From Eledone cirrhosa (lineage: Eukaryota): a DNA stretch of 64,000 nucleotides. Numbering within the stretch: the stretch's first letter is position 1; every line of letters begins with the position of its first letter. The DNA is taken from the NCBI GenBank assembly GCA_964016885.1, contig OZ024763.1:15624001-15688000 (forward strand). Direction: 5' to 3'. Below are positions 50,455-63,200 of this stretch, piece by piece. The translations under genes were made by a program, and so were the position numbers. The notes beneath the pieces were generated by a model. The model was not told the origin of the DNA. It made no database searches and worked only from the letters and a program-made list of their open reading frames with translations.

Positions 50455-53331
50455 AGTATTTACGTATCGAGAAAGAGAAAAAAAAGGGGGTATAGGTGAT
50501 ACATATAGTTATTTGCCAAGTAGCGTATGCCAAAGGTGCTCGATACTAGTGCCGGCAGTATTAAATATTCGAAGTGTTAATATTTAGTAGGTTAGCAGAG
50601 CGTAAGCACGTGGGAAAGTAAAAAATCGGAGAATAGACCATTAAAACATGTTTATTTAAAACAGCACCTACGTGCGTTTCGCCCAGTTGGGATTCTCAAG
50701 GGCATAAATAATCACAAGTGTTCCTTATATTGCTCGGAAAGAGTTTTTGGGGTTAAATCCACATCAAGGTTCATTGCTCGCAAAAATATCTTGTTTTGAT
50801 TTTGCAGCAGGTTAAGGGAGGTAACTCTGGCCAGTGTTAGGGCAGTCTTTAACGGGCAATTTTTTTTTTTGCCGCATCTGTTTGTCTGAGGCTGGGTCTG
50901 GTATGCAAGGATTGTTTCCTGGGTCTTATTTTGCAGCGCCTGCCCGCCGGGGTGTTAAGACTTGTTGCAGGGAGATCCGGTGTACGGTTTAACTCTTCAT
51001 CCTTAACCCATCTGAAGAAGGATATTTTTAAGCGATGTGTACAAATTATCGCTGTTTCAGCTCTGCTGTTGATGAGCTCGTGGGGTGCAGTTATGATGTG
51101 CTAGAGCTCCATGAGGCAAAGATCGCATTTCCTCTTGAAGTTGTATGGTGCAGCCCTGCCGACAATCTCCCAGTGCGTGGAGAAGCTGATGTTTAAGTCC
51201 TTTCCCTATATAATGTTTAACGCTATTGTGGCTAGTAATAGTGCATCTATATATAACCCTATCAGTCAAGCAGTATCCTCTAAGGGGGCAGCGTCCTCTG
51301 TCGCGGTTCCGTCTATTTCCCACGGTAAGGCTATCATATGCTGCCTACGTTGTTACCTACGCTACCACAGCTGTCGTTAGCACCATTACAGCACGCGGGG
51401 TGGTGTGATTGTTATTCCGCACGTCATGTTCCCCAGTCATTTCGCGGTTATTCTGGTTGCGTCTGCGGATGCCGTTGCCAACACTATTGGATGCTGCCAG
51501 GGAGTTGCTAAGGACGATATAGTTATTGTCAGGTGTAGGTGCGTCTGTGTCGAGGTGCTGTGTCTTGGTGATCTTACTGTGGTTCGTTGTTCCTATGATG
51601 TCTGCTAGGTTAGGAGTAGTAGAGAAGAATATTTTTATATTGTTCCTATTAAGAATTTTTCTATACCTATGGTTGTGCGGGAAGTTCTACTCTAAGGCTT
51701 CGAAGAACATCCGGGGTATGTTGGAGGCCACATTCCGAGAGTAGGGGGGGTGGAACCATAGGACGTTACGGTGGCGATTACGTGTCCTTGTACTTTTGCT
51801 ACGGGTGGTTCCATCTAAGTGACCGCTCTTATGTGTGTTAATGCGCAGTCGCCCGTTCGGTGCCCCTTTCACTTTATGCTCGGGTGCACTCTTCCATGTT
51901 TATGTACACGAAGATGTTGGTTGGAAGGCGTTGGTAGTAGGCCGTCGCTTTTGTAGGTTTTGTAATAGGGGAATAGTTTGAGTAATCTACAGTGGTCACC
52001 GTCGCCGGGGTCGTGATCTTTGGTGCGGTTATCTATTCTATTATATCCGACTTCAACGAGGTCGCCGCGTGATCGGTTATAGGTATGGCTTACTATAACG
52101 TTAGTTTTATGAGGGGGGTGGTTTCTAGAGCTGTAGTAATCTGCCGCTTGGTTGAAGATATCCTCATTGGCGGATAGTCTCGAGATTCTATGTGAGATAC
52201 TATAGACTATGGAGTTGAGAGTCTGCTTAGGGTGGTTGGAGGCATAATTAATATAAGAGAGGCACTCTCCAGGCTTATGGTATGGCTTGTATAAGCCCGT
52301 ACTCAACTCCAGGGTCACGTCCAGGAAGTTGACAACCCTGTGGTTGAGGTCCATAGTTACGGATAGGCCGTATGACTTAAAGAACCTGTGTATATGTTTG
52401 TTAGAGTTCTCTATCCTACGGGGGCTATGGTTCCTAACGGTAAACAGGGCGTCGTCCCTATATACACCTCCTTGTAGGGCCGGTATTTCTTCCCTAAGCT
52501 TATGTAGGAGATATATCCCTACCAGGTCAGTTGCTTGCGCTGAGTCACTGGACCCCATTGTGACATCGAAGTTATCAGGACGGTTGGTTCTGGTCCAGTG
52601 GGAGCCTTCGAACTGGATAATGGTTCTACGCGCCGCTAGAATTATGTCTATTTCCTTTTTAGTGAGGCTAGTGTTAGATCTAGCTAAGATAAGTGCCTTA
52701 TTTAAGAGTATGCGGGAGATAGAGGCGTAGTAACTATCTATATCAAACTGGATGAATTTCAGGGTGGCTTTATCCGGCAACTCGGTGAACCAATTTATGA
52801 CCTGGTCGGTGTTGCCCCAGAGGCAGACCTTAGCCTTTCTATTAAGCTCCAGTAGTACTCTGTCGAGGATCACTTTACTAATCTTACCTATATCTGATGT
52901 AGAGGGGCTTTCATTAAAGTCATATTTGTGATCCTTAAGAGAGAATTTAGGCGTCAGAGGGACGTACGGGTTAGTGTACTTTTCTATTTCTAAGCTGGTG
53001 ACTATATCCTTCCCTACTCTATTTATGTCATTTAGGGTACTAGAGGGTGTCTTTGTGTAGTCTTTGTGAATTTTTTATACTCACTCACGTCCATCTTGTA
53101 CAGCTTTTTGGTTTTGTCGGAGGTGACGAAGAGGTGCGGGTCATTCTTGCAAAATCAAAACAAGATATTTTTGCGAGCAATGAACCTTGATGTGGATTTA
53201 ACCCCCAAAACTCTTTCCGAGCAATATAAGGAACACTTGTGATTATTTATGCCCTTGAGAAGCCCAACTGGGCGAAACGTACGTAGGTGCTGTTTTAACG
53301 GTCTATTCTCCAATTTTTTACTTTCCCACGT
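50455..53331 (-). mobile_element. Penelope-like element (RT plus C-terminal GIY-YIG), 5'-truncated with inverted pLTR, decayed
   Basis: SDKT, FIQFDIDSYY, MGS.D.A, YRDDAL, VNFLDVTL..YKPYHKP..YINYASNHP, LWFHPPYS, CPLRGYCL..VIY..YIG, CDLCL; pLTR 50608-50806 inverted at 53148-53331; (TA)n on both sides; stops and frameshifts. Confidence 0.9.
53251..53290 (+). ncRNA. Hammerhead-like motif of the pLTR, variant core (mirror copy at 50664-50703 on -)
   Basis: GCC-CTTGAGAA-GCCC-AACT-GGGC-GAAAC-GTAC-GTA-GGT; palindromic stem III, non-canonical CUUGAGAA core. Confidence 0.5.
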
Positions 53332-53450
53332 ATATATATATATATATAGCCAAGTGAATCTGTTGATATGGTTTCGAATTTACAAGTGGAGGTAGCCATT
53401 GCTTTTTTTGTCTTTTTCGCTAAGTAAGTTTAAATATGTTATTTGAACGG

Positions 53451-53630
53451 AGTAGTATTGCGGCTCTTGGTAGTCTAGTGGTAGAGCTGGAGACTACCAG
53501 TGTAGGTGGTAGTGGTTCGAGTCGAGCTGGTGGTAGGGCCGAAGGCCCCATCAGAGGGCGCAGGGAGACAAAAAGGCGTCTCGGGGTACCGGAGTGGCCC
53601 CGGACTCCCAGAAGGTAGAGGTAGCCTTTT
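53451..53630 (+). other. GC-rich tRNA-like/Pol III-like unit (family AGTAGWATTGCGGC)
   Basis: A box TAGTCTAGTGG, B box GGTTCGAGTC, hairpins GGGCC-GAA-GGCCC, GAGAC..GTCTC, CGGGG..CCCCG, GGCT/AGCC end pairing, T4. Confidence 0.45.
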
Positions 53631-55759
53631 GTTAAATTTAAAAAAAAAATTAATTAATTTTTAATAGAAGTCACCAGCAAGGATTGAAACCTTCCCATCG
53701 ATGCATAGAGGTTCCTCTCTGGCAAAAGGTCCTCTTTCAATATCCAGTTCATCAAACAGCTGCCTGATCACCCCAGTGTTCTGGACTGTGGAGGGTGGCT
53801 CTCCTAGTAGGGTCCTAAAAATGGTTCAGTCATTTCCTCTTCCTATCCTCGGGCCCTGTTACCTGGGTCTGACTCAAACTCCCTCTCTTCCACCCTCCTG
53901 TGATCTTGTTGATGATCGTCCAGCTCTCTTTACACCCAGACCTGTCAACTGCTCTCTCCACATTTCTGACCTTCTCTATCAGCACGTCCTCTCCGGCCTG
54001 TGTAAGCGATACAGAGTTCTTTCTTCATCATCTCCATATTCTACTTCCTCTCCTCCGTAGGAGGAAGTCGGACCTTCGTAAAGGCCTGAAGTCTCTTCAT
54101 TGCTGTAATGGAGTTTGTGCTACTGTACGGGTCTTTTGTGTATTGTATTTATAAGGTTCCTAGCAATAATTATTTGTATATATTTATAAGGGTCCTAGCA
54201 ATAATTAATAGTATATATTATTGTAGCGAAACCTATCCACACATTGAACCCCGAGTGACATTTAACCATCATTTTCTAGGTTAGCTCCCAGTGGTCTGAG
54301 GTAACACGTCTCTTTGGAGTGAAGACAAGATAGGTTCTCAAGGCAGTCGAACGGGAACCTTCCTCTGGTAAACACGACAGAGTTTTGCTCTGGTCTCCGG
54401 CTGGAGACGCATTTTTTGTCTACCCATCAAACCACTGGCAAAATGTAGCCCCCGGCAAAAAATATCCCTCGCGCCTGCCTGTGGGCAGGGCTACAAGAAA
54501 TAATTGTTTCTACGTTTGGCACAAGGCCAGCAATTACCCCAGTACATTACTGGTACTTTATTTTATCGACCCCGTAAGGATGAAAAGCAAAGTTAACCTC
54601 GGCGGGATTTGAAATAATGCCAGCCACTTCTATAAGGCAAGTTACCTTATATCGCTGCACACACGATTTCTTCATATCCACACATATCTCACTCAGTTTC
54701 TCCTTGTTTGTTGTTCATGCCTTTTGACTGTAACAAAATCTTAATTCAAGTGTTTCCGTCGTGAAACGCTCATTAATGAATAATATATAAATGTAGCAAG
54801 AGCTTTCGTTCTTCGTCTGTAACCCTGGCGGTGTGATCGAGGAAAATCAGTATCCCCACGATATCAAACACCTTCGCTTTACACATTGGTTAACTACCAC
54901 AACTATCTGCAACCAATACGAATCATCATCAACATTCACTCGTCTACTACGGTAAGATCTCAACTCACAATCACACACGCAAACCTCCTGTTACATTATT
55001 TATGTTTAGATTTTCATTCTCGACGAATTATAAACATTCTGTAATGTTGTTTATACAACTATAAATAAAATGATAGTTTGTACTAGATATACAACGCCAA
55101 GAAGGACTGTGTGTAAAATATCTACCACTGGGGTAGCGATGTTAATTCAACAGTGTATACACAATGAATAAAACTTTACATACCTCTTTACATAAACGTA
55201 ACATTGAAAATACCGGTGTAAAACCAACCATGTTGCCGGTGTAACGATTACATCTTAACTTCTTCTAAAAAGGAAAAAAGAGGGAACTAACTTTAATATG
55301 ATGAAAAAAAAAGGGAAATGACTCTAAAAAGACTGCGTGGTTTGAGAACGCAGGCTAGGATATAGATCCAATCCACTTGCGCTGGTAAAGGTACGGGGAC
55401 GGAAGAATTAGGATATAATGGATTTGGAGAAGACAAAGGTGGACATCGTCATTGTAAAGTAAAGTAAAGACCCCCTTCGGCCACGAGTAACCATAGGATT
55501 TGTATCGAGAAAATTCCCCTCAGAGGCACATGTCTGGTCAAGGTTGTTTATGGAGATCCAGCGGTCGCCCATGTATACCAGTCGCCCCCCCCCCCCTCCA
55601 CGCTACCAATGCTGTCCAAGGAAAAGGCAATGGCCGATACAGCTTGGCACCGGGTCCGAGAATCGAACTCAACCTCCCAATTACAAGCACAACGCTCTAA
55701 CCACTAAGTCATGCCCCTTCACGTATCATTTATATAACTCGGAGGTGAATCCACTGGTG

Positions 55760-57200
55760 AAGCTTTCGATTGAGTCTGGAGTATCTCAGTAGAGATCGCC
55801 AAGCTCCGAGGAGCAGAGTCTATAGTAGTAGATATAGAATAGGAGGGGAGGAGACAGTATATTTATGGAATGTTGTGTGTCTGTGAGGAGCAGAGACTGA
55901 ATATTCTACCTGTACTACAGTACAGGTAGAATATTCAGAAGGAGACAGTATAACTGTGGGCCAAAGCCTGTTAAATGTCCATCAGTGATTTTAAACTGAA
56001 TAACCGAGTGGTTTTTTGCTCTGTATAGAATTTATAACAGTTCGCCCCAAATGTAGGAGAAGTACCTCCTCTATTGCGGGCGTCAATCGAACTTTATTTA
56101 AGATCAGAAATTGTTGGGGTATGAAGAGAAGGGCCAGTAATTGTGATGCGGTGTTAGATATGTTAAGAATGTATATAAACGAAGGGCATCTAGCTATATA
56201 AACAGGTGCAGGGAAATCATAGTGAATGGAACTCGTGAAAGAGACAGGTCCACTGACACTCTATCGAGGGTCACCGCTCACCTATCCGCCCATTCTACTC
56301 TAGATCACGAAAGACCTACACACTGCCGAAATCCTAACACACTCACGCTATACAGGGTCACTCTAGATGTATGTATATTCATGTCTAATACTTATTTTAT
56401 CGTTCGCTGTATTGAACCGTTAAGCAACAGTAAATGTAAACACAGGCAAGCTCACGGAACAGGGGTGACATCGACTCCAGGGTGGCTAGTAAGGGCAGCT
56501 TGGACCAGGATAGCGGGATATCCGCACCAAGTGAAAAGCCTAACCATATATGGATCCCGAGTTTCGAAATCATGGCTTCGGCTGCGAAGACGGAGAAATT
56601 GAGAATAGCGATGAAGTATTTCATGTGGGAGTTGGTGAGCTTTAAGGGGACAGAGGCAGAGGATGTGTTCGAAGACAGAAAGAGGTCGCCGAAGTAAGAA
56701 CAAAATAGTTCGGGGTAGAGCTGGTGAACTGAGCGAATATATAGGTTTTTTCATGGCGGTAGCATTATACCAGCAATCTCCAAGAAGCAGGGATTATAGT
56801 AGTAGAGGTAACAAACTAGAACCGAGACCATTGTCGTAGAGATATATGGGGTAAAATATTTTGACTGTGACAGTAATTGTAATGAGGTTTTAGCTATGTT
56901 AAGAAGAATACAATTTGGGCTGTGGCTGTGTAAGTTTGGAGAGAAAAATCCTTGCGTTATAAGTTCAGCATCATCCACGTGCTTGGCGTTCGCCATGCTG
57001 CGGCTGAATGCTATATCACGCCACCCACTGGACCTTCCAGACGATGTTACAACCATGACTGAGACAACCGAACCACTCAACCATCCCCTTTGCAACCACG
57101 GACGCCATTTACAGGAGCACATAAAAAATACCCTGCCTACATCCACAAATGCACCAAGTGTAGTATCCTACGTCACCATGAGAGTGCCAACAATAATGTA
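55760..57200 (-). mobile_element. Heavily decayed CR1/L2-like LINE fragment
   Basis: HVDDAEL (YADD-like RT motif) and endonuclease-like remnants; many disablements. Confidence 0.45.
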
Positions 57201-57233
57201 ACAGGCACAGCCCGAGTTATATTCCTCTATTAA

Positions 57234-57430
57234 CCCTTTAATGTTCAAACCGGCCAGAATTCTCTACCTTTTTCTGTTGAAACTGGCTGTAACTGGTCAC
57301 TCAAACTGATGTTAGGGTATTGTTCTCAAAATAAATACTTTCAAAATCTCATAGATTCGATATTATGTGAGTTAAAGCATTTACTATGAAAATACAATAG
57401 TATATATAGAGTAATGTGAATGCTAAAGGG
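57234..57430. mobile_element. piggyBac-type MITE, about 197 bp (other copies ~10440-10660, 24750-24830, 63163-63310, 63821-64000)
   Basis: TTAA-CCCTTTA...TAAAGGG-TTAA termini. Confidence 0.75.
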
Positions 57431-57929
57431 TTAAGAATGTATATAATAAACATGTTTACGAAAGGTTCCATGAAGTAAAGAAACTAAGCTAGACATATCC
57501 TAGCATACAACCTTACCTCTTTACATAAGCGGTAATATCCAATATAAATTGTTTTGCAAAAAAAAAACAACAAAAACAACGGTGTATAATTTATGTCACC
57601 GGTGAAAAACTAATTATGTCCCCTTTGTAAAACGATTTCCCACTCTGCATTATCTAACTTCCAGGTAACTTCAAGTTGTCAAATATATGTGCGTGTGTGT
57701 GTACACACATATATATATTTCTTTTCTTTTCAATGGCTGACAATATCTTACCGGCGCCACTCGAATAAGGTAGTTATTTAACCCATAAATTGGGCCCTGA
57801 CAGGTACTACTACTCGGAGCCAGAGCAGACCTGGGAGTTATGACAACTAAGGGGTAACTCCACATTCCCCACAGCTCCTGAACTCCCGAACTGGAGCCTT
57901 GCCACTGGATGTAGTTTAATATCATACCC

Positions 57930-58280
57930 AGATGGTACACAAGAATGCTGAGGATGGCTCTGAACATTAATCAGTATACACTGAGGATGAAAAACTCAGA
58001 ACTGTATGGGAGCCTCCCAAAAGTCAGCTTGAAAGTAACACAGAAGAGACTGAGGTTAGCTGGACATGCTCACCGACATCCAGAGTTGACATTGCACTCA
58101 GTGCTCCTGTGGGAGTCCCTACATAGATACACTGGAAGAGGAAGACCAAGGTTAACGTATGTTGATGCCCTAAGGACAGACACTGGTCTGTTGGAGACGC
58201 AGGACATGGCAGCGATAATGAGGGACAGAGACCGCTGGAGAGAACTCGTCCATGGATCTCGGGAATTTTACCTGCTCTAG
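57930..58280 (+). mobile_element. RTE-like LINE C-terminal fragment
   Basis: RLRLAGHAHRHPE..VLLWE..RGRPRLTYVDAL..MRDRDRWR. Confidence 0.75.
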
Positions 58281-58534
58281 AAAAAAAATATATATATATA
58301 TATATGAAAACAGGTAGAAAGAGACGATTATTAGGAAGAAACATATATTTGTTTCCTTTTTTATTTATTTCTCTCTTTTTTCTGGGTTAGAAAATGATTA
58401 AAACGAAATGTTTTACTTTGTATTAAGGTATTAGTTGATTTATTTATTATTTAACAATGGCATTTATTTATCTATTTATATATTTAATAATTGTCTATTA
58501 CCGGTTTCAGCATTTTTATGCATTATCAAATGAT

Positions 58535-59525
58535 AAATAACAGAGGAGTTTAAGACCGGATGCCCATGGGAACTCCTGTATGCTGATGATCTCGCACTTA
58601 TAGCTGAATCTATGGTAGAACTAGAGAAGAAATTCCAAACTTGGAAGCAGGGACTAGAAAGAAAGGGCCTCAAAGTCAACATGACAAAGACTAACATCCT
58701 TGTAAGTAGACGAGAAAACAGAACCCAGATCCCCTCAGGGAAATGGCCTTGCTCAGTATGTAGGAACTCCATTCTCTGCCCCAAATGCAAACAATGGGTA
58801 CACAAGAGATGTAGCGGGATCTCAGGAAGCTTAATTAAGAATGTAGGCTTCACATGCAGCAGCTGTGCTGGGACAGCAAGCAGCAAACAGTCACAGGTAA
58901 CAAGTACCACCAATCTCTGGGAGGGCTCTGTAGAAACAGTAGACAGCTTCTGCTACCTAGGTGACCGAATTACCAGCGGAGGTGGGTGTTCAGAAAGTAC
59001 AATAACTAGGGTAAGAACGGGATGGAAGAAGTTTAGGGAACTACTACCACTGCTAGCTGCAAAAGGCTTCTCCCTCAAAATGAAAGGCAGACTGTATGAT
59101 GCGTGTATCCGAACAGCGATGTTGCATGGTAGTGAGACCTGGGCGCTGAAGGTGGAAGACTTACGTAGATTAGAGAGAAACGAAGCCTGCATGCTCCGAT
59201 GGATGTGTAACAGTAATATACGTGAACGACAAAGTATAAATGAATTGAGAGAGAGACTGAGCATAAGAGGAATCAAATGCTGTGCAGGAGAGGCGGTTGC
59301 GTTGGTATGGACATGTGATGCGTATGAAGGATGACAGCTGCATAAAAAGGTGCAGAGCACTAAAAGTCGATGGAAGCCTTGGAGTGGGGAGACCCAAGAT
59401 GACCTGGGATGAGGTGATAAAAGCCGACCTTACCCAATTACACCTCTCAAAGGCGATGACACACGACCGTGACCTCTGGCGTCACGCAGTAATACAGAGT
59501 ACTCAACCTCCCATGGGTACAAGCT
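58535..59525 (+). mobile_element. RTE LINE RT/C-terminal fragment
   Basis: ELLYADDLAL, GLKVNMTKT, FCYLGD, LHGSETW, RLRWYGHV; frameshift near 59280. Confidence 0.92.
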
Positions 59526-59759
59526 GAAGCATATAGACAATATGCCCCCACATCCCCCACTGCAAAAAAGCACCCAGACACTGCCCACAACAGGACAACC
59601 CGTCTAACCCATGCTAGCATGGAAGAACGGACGTAAAACGGTGATGATGATGATGTATTTGTGTAGAATGGTGGTGTCGGACATGTTAAAGAAATGGTGC
59701 AGAAAGAATGTTTTCATATATATATATCCTAACTCGTGTGCCTCCTCTCCACATTTTAT

Positions 59760-59801
<42 letters not shown>

Positions 59802-61706
59802 AGTAACTTTTATCGAGGACTGTTTCAGCATAGTGGTTTTTTACTCAACAAGAAGTTTACTTCAGGAGGTCGACCGTAGGGTTATCCTCAGGTTTTGTAA
59901 TCAGTAATCTTTGGAGTAGTTACAAATAAATAAATAAAGATATACGCAGATTAGCAATACAGTAGGATATATGTGTGTATATATCTTCACCATTTTACGT
60001 CCATTCTTCCACGCTGGTATGGGTTAGACGAGTTGTCCTGTTGTGGGCAATGCTAGGTCAGGTGACCATGTCTTGCTCATACAGGACCGATTTTGGATTG
60101 GTTTCTATGGCTGGATGCCCTTCCTAACACCAACCTCATTTAGAGTGAGTACTGGGTGCTTTTTTTATCGTGGCACCTACACAACCACTTTACAGTGTGG
60201 ACTGGCTGCTTTTTGTCATGACACCTACACGACCACTTTACAGTGTGGACTGGCTGCTTTCTTATCGTGGCGCGGACATGACCAATTTACAGTGAGTATT
60301 GGGTGCTTTTTGTTGTGACACCTACACGACCACTTTACAGTGTGGACTGGGTGTTTTTTGTTGTGACGCCTACATGACCACTTTACAGTGTGGACTGGGT
60401 GTTTTTTGTTGTGACACCTACACGACCACTTTACAGTGGGAAACATACTGTCTATATGCTTCAGCTTGTACCTGTGGGAAGTCGGGTCTTTTGTATTATA
60501 TATATATATAATCATTATCACCATTTAATGCCCATTATTTCATGCTAGCAATATATATATATATTCTTTTCTTTTGAGTTGAGACCTTCATTAGACATTA
60601 TCTACAGCCTTCACAATCCAAAACGAAATATACATCTAACGGATATATCTCTATGTATATATATACATACACACAAATATATATATATACATATTTCTTC
60701 CTTGCATTGTTTGCTTGCTTCTATTTACTTTATGCACACACACATTTTCATTTCATTTTTACATCCACTTTTCCCTGCTTGCAAGGGTGGGACGGGAACT
60801 GAGTCTGGCTTGATTTCTACAGCTGGATGCCCTTCCTAACACCAACCTCATTTACAGTGAGTGCTGGGTGCTTTTTTTGCCGTGGCACCTCCACGACCAC
60901 TTTGCAGTGGAATGATAGGGACCCCAGTCCCTATCATCTCATTTCTACAGCTGAGTAAACTGGAGCAATGTGAGATAAAGTGTCTTGTTCAAGGAAACAA
61001 CACATCACCCGGTCCGAGAATTGAACTCACAACCTTTTGATTGCAAGGCCAATGCTCTAACCACTAAGCCATGTGCCTCCACATATATATAGATAGATAG
61101 ATAGAGATTAGAAGCAGTTATACAGAAGACCTGCCTTTCCTTGCATACCAACTTAAACTTAGTCAGTAGGCACCTCTTAACCCAATATACACCTCACCTC
61201 ACCCCACCCTCCCACTTCCGTCCACTGTAAAGTGGTTGTGCAGGTGACATAGTAAAAAGGCTCCCAGTCCGCACTGTAAATGTGGTTGGTGTTAGGAAGG
61301 GCATCCAGCCGTAGAAAACCTGCCAGAAACAGTTCTGTATGAGCGAGACAACTCCTGTCTAACCCATGCTAGCGTGGAAGATAGACGTTAAATGAAGATG
61401 ATGATGATGATGATGATATATATATATATATATCATCATCACCATTTAACGTCCATTTTCCACGCTAGCATGGGCTTGTCCGATTTGAGGCAAGTTGGGT
61501 CGGGTGACCATGTCTCACTCATATAGAACTGTTTCTGGCTGGTTTTCTACAGCTGGATGCCCTTCCTAACACCAACCACATTTACAGTGAGTGCTGGGTG
61601 CTTTTTGCCGTGTCTCCTACACGACCACTTTACAGCGTGGACTGGATGTTTTGTGGTACCAACATAACTTCACAGATTAAGGGTGGTGTGGGTAGAAGTG
61701 GAAGGG

Positions 61707-61744
<38 letters not shown>

Positions 61745-61899
61745 GTGTCTTTACTGGACCCTCTTTCTGTTTCTGCATTGTGTCTCTATTTTGTACTCCT
61801 GAAGAAGGGCTTAAGTCCGACACGTCGAACTTTCTTTCTTCTTCCAATATAAAGCATGAAACTGATAAGACTTTTGTACCTGTTGTCTCCTTGAACTAT

Positions 61900-61935
<36 letters not shown>

Positions 61936-62080
61936 GTGCAGTCCGATTACATATGCTCAATTTTGGAAGATGCGTGGTCCGGGTTTCGTTTGCCAAATTT
62001 AGAGGGTGTGTACGGTTTGGTTTGGCAGGGGTCTCACTGGAGCAATAGCATTCTTATTTACATATATATATGTTTTTTTA

Positions 62081-62138
62081 TTCATTCTGACGACTGAAAC
62101 CAGATATATCTGCTTTCAAGAAACCACTGGTAAATGAA
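62081..62138 (+). ncRNA. Type I hammerhead ribozyme-like motif
   Basis: TTCATT-CTGACGA-C-TGAAA..cagatatatctg..TTTCA-A-GAAAC-CACTG-GTA-AATGAA; 6-bp stem I, one mismatch at the stem II closing pair. Confidence 0.65.
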
Positions 62139-62164
62139 ATAATTATCTTATGTTGTTTATTACA

Positions 62165-62218
<54 letters not shown>

Positions 62219-62382
62219 TATATACATATATATGTGGCGTGTGGCTGAGTGGTTAGAGAATTGGATTCACAATCGTGAAATTGTGAGTTTGATGCCCGGA
62301 CCGAGCGATGCGTTATGTCCTTGAGCAAGACACTTTATTTCACGTTGTTCCTTCTACCTGGAGTTGCGACCGATAGATAGTA

Positions 62383-63200
62383 TTAGCAATTAGAAAGACC
62401 AACGAAAACATTGTTTCCTCGGTCAGATTTGACAAAAGTCAATCGTTATGTATATTTGTTTGTCAGGGTATACTTCATTTAACCCTTTAGTATTTAAACT
62501 GGCCATATCCGGCCAGAATTAGCAATTAGAAAGACCAACGGAAACATTGTTTCCTCGGTCAGATTTGACAAAAGTCAATCGTTATGTATATTTGTTTGTC
62601 AGGGTATACTTCATTTAACCCTTTAGTATTTAAACTGGCCATATCCGGCCAGAATTAGCAATTAGAAAGACCAACGGAAACATTGTTTCCTCGGTCAGAT
62701 TTGACAAAAGTCAATCGTTATGTATGTTTGTTTGTCAGGGTATACTTCATTTAACCCTTTAGTATTTAAACTGGCCATATCCGGCCAGAATTAGCAATTA
62801 GAAAGACCAACGAAAACATTGTTTCCTCGGTCAGATTTGACAAAAGTCAATCGTTATGTATATTTGTTTGTCAGGGTATACTTCATTTAACCCTTTAGTA
62901 TTTAAACTGGCCATATCCGGCCAGAATTAGCAATTAGAAAGACCAACGGAAACATTGTTTCCTCGGTCAGATTTGACAAAAGTCAATCGTTATGTATGTT
63001 TGTTTGTCAGGGTATACTTCATTTAACCCTTTAGTATTTAAACTGGCCATATCCGGCCAGAATTAGCAATTAGAAAGACCAACGGAAACATTGTTTCCTC
63101 GGTCAGATTTGACAAAAGTCAATCGTTATGTATATTTGTTTGTCAGGGTATACTTCATTTAACCCTTTAGTATTTAAACTGGCCATATCCGGCCAGAATT
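62383..63200. repeat. 136-bp tandem repeat x6 containing a piggyBac-MITE left end plus flank
   Basis: Units start at 62383, 62519, 62655, 62791, 62927, 63063; the last unit continues into the MITE body. Confidence 0.95.

Noticed and set aside
50953-51007. SECIS-like hairpin (ATGAA..AAA..CCG/CGG, minus strand) after the PLE ORF, as in selenoprotein-encoding Naiads
   Set aside because: Stem too short, 3' GA of the core missing, and the visible conserved Cys codons are TGC/TGT rather than TGA
53462-53527. Bona fide tRNA gene
   Set aside because: Acceptor, anticodon and T stems do not pair properly; only tRNA-like promoter boxes are present
62383-63200. Minus-strand ctgaccgaggaaac as a hammerhead in the 136-bp repeat
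   Set aside because: Does not fit CUGANGA and has no stem II
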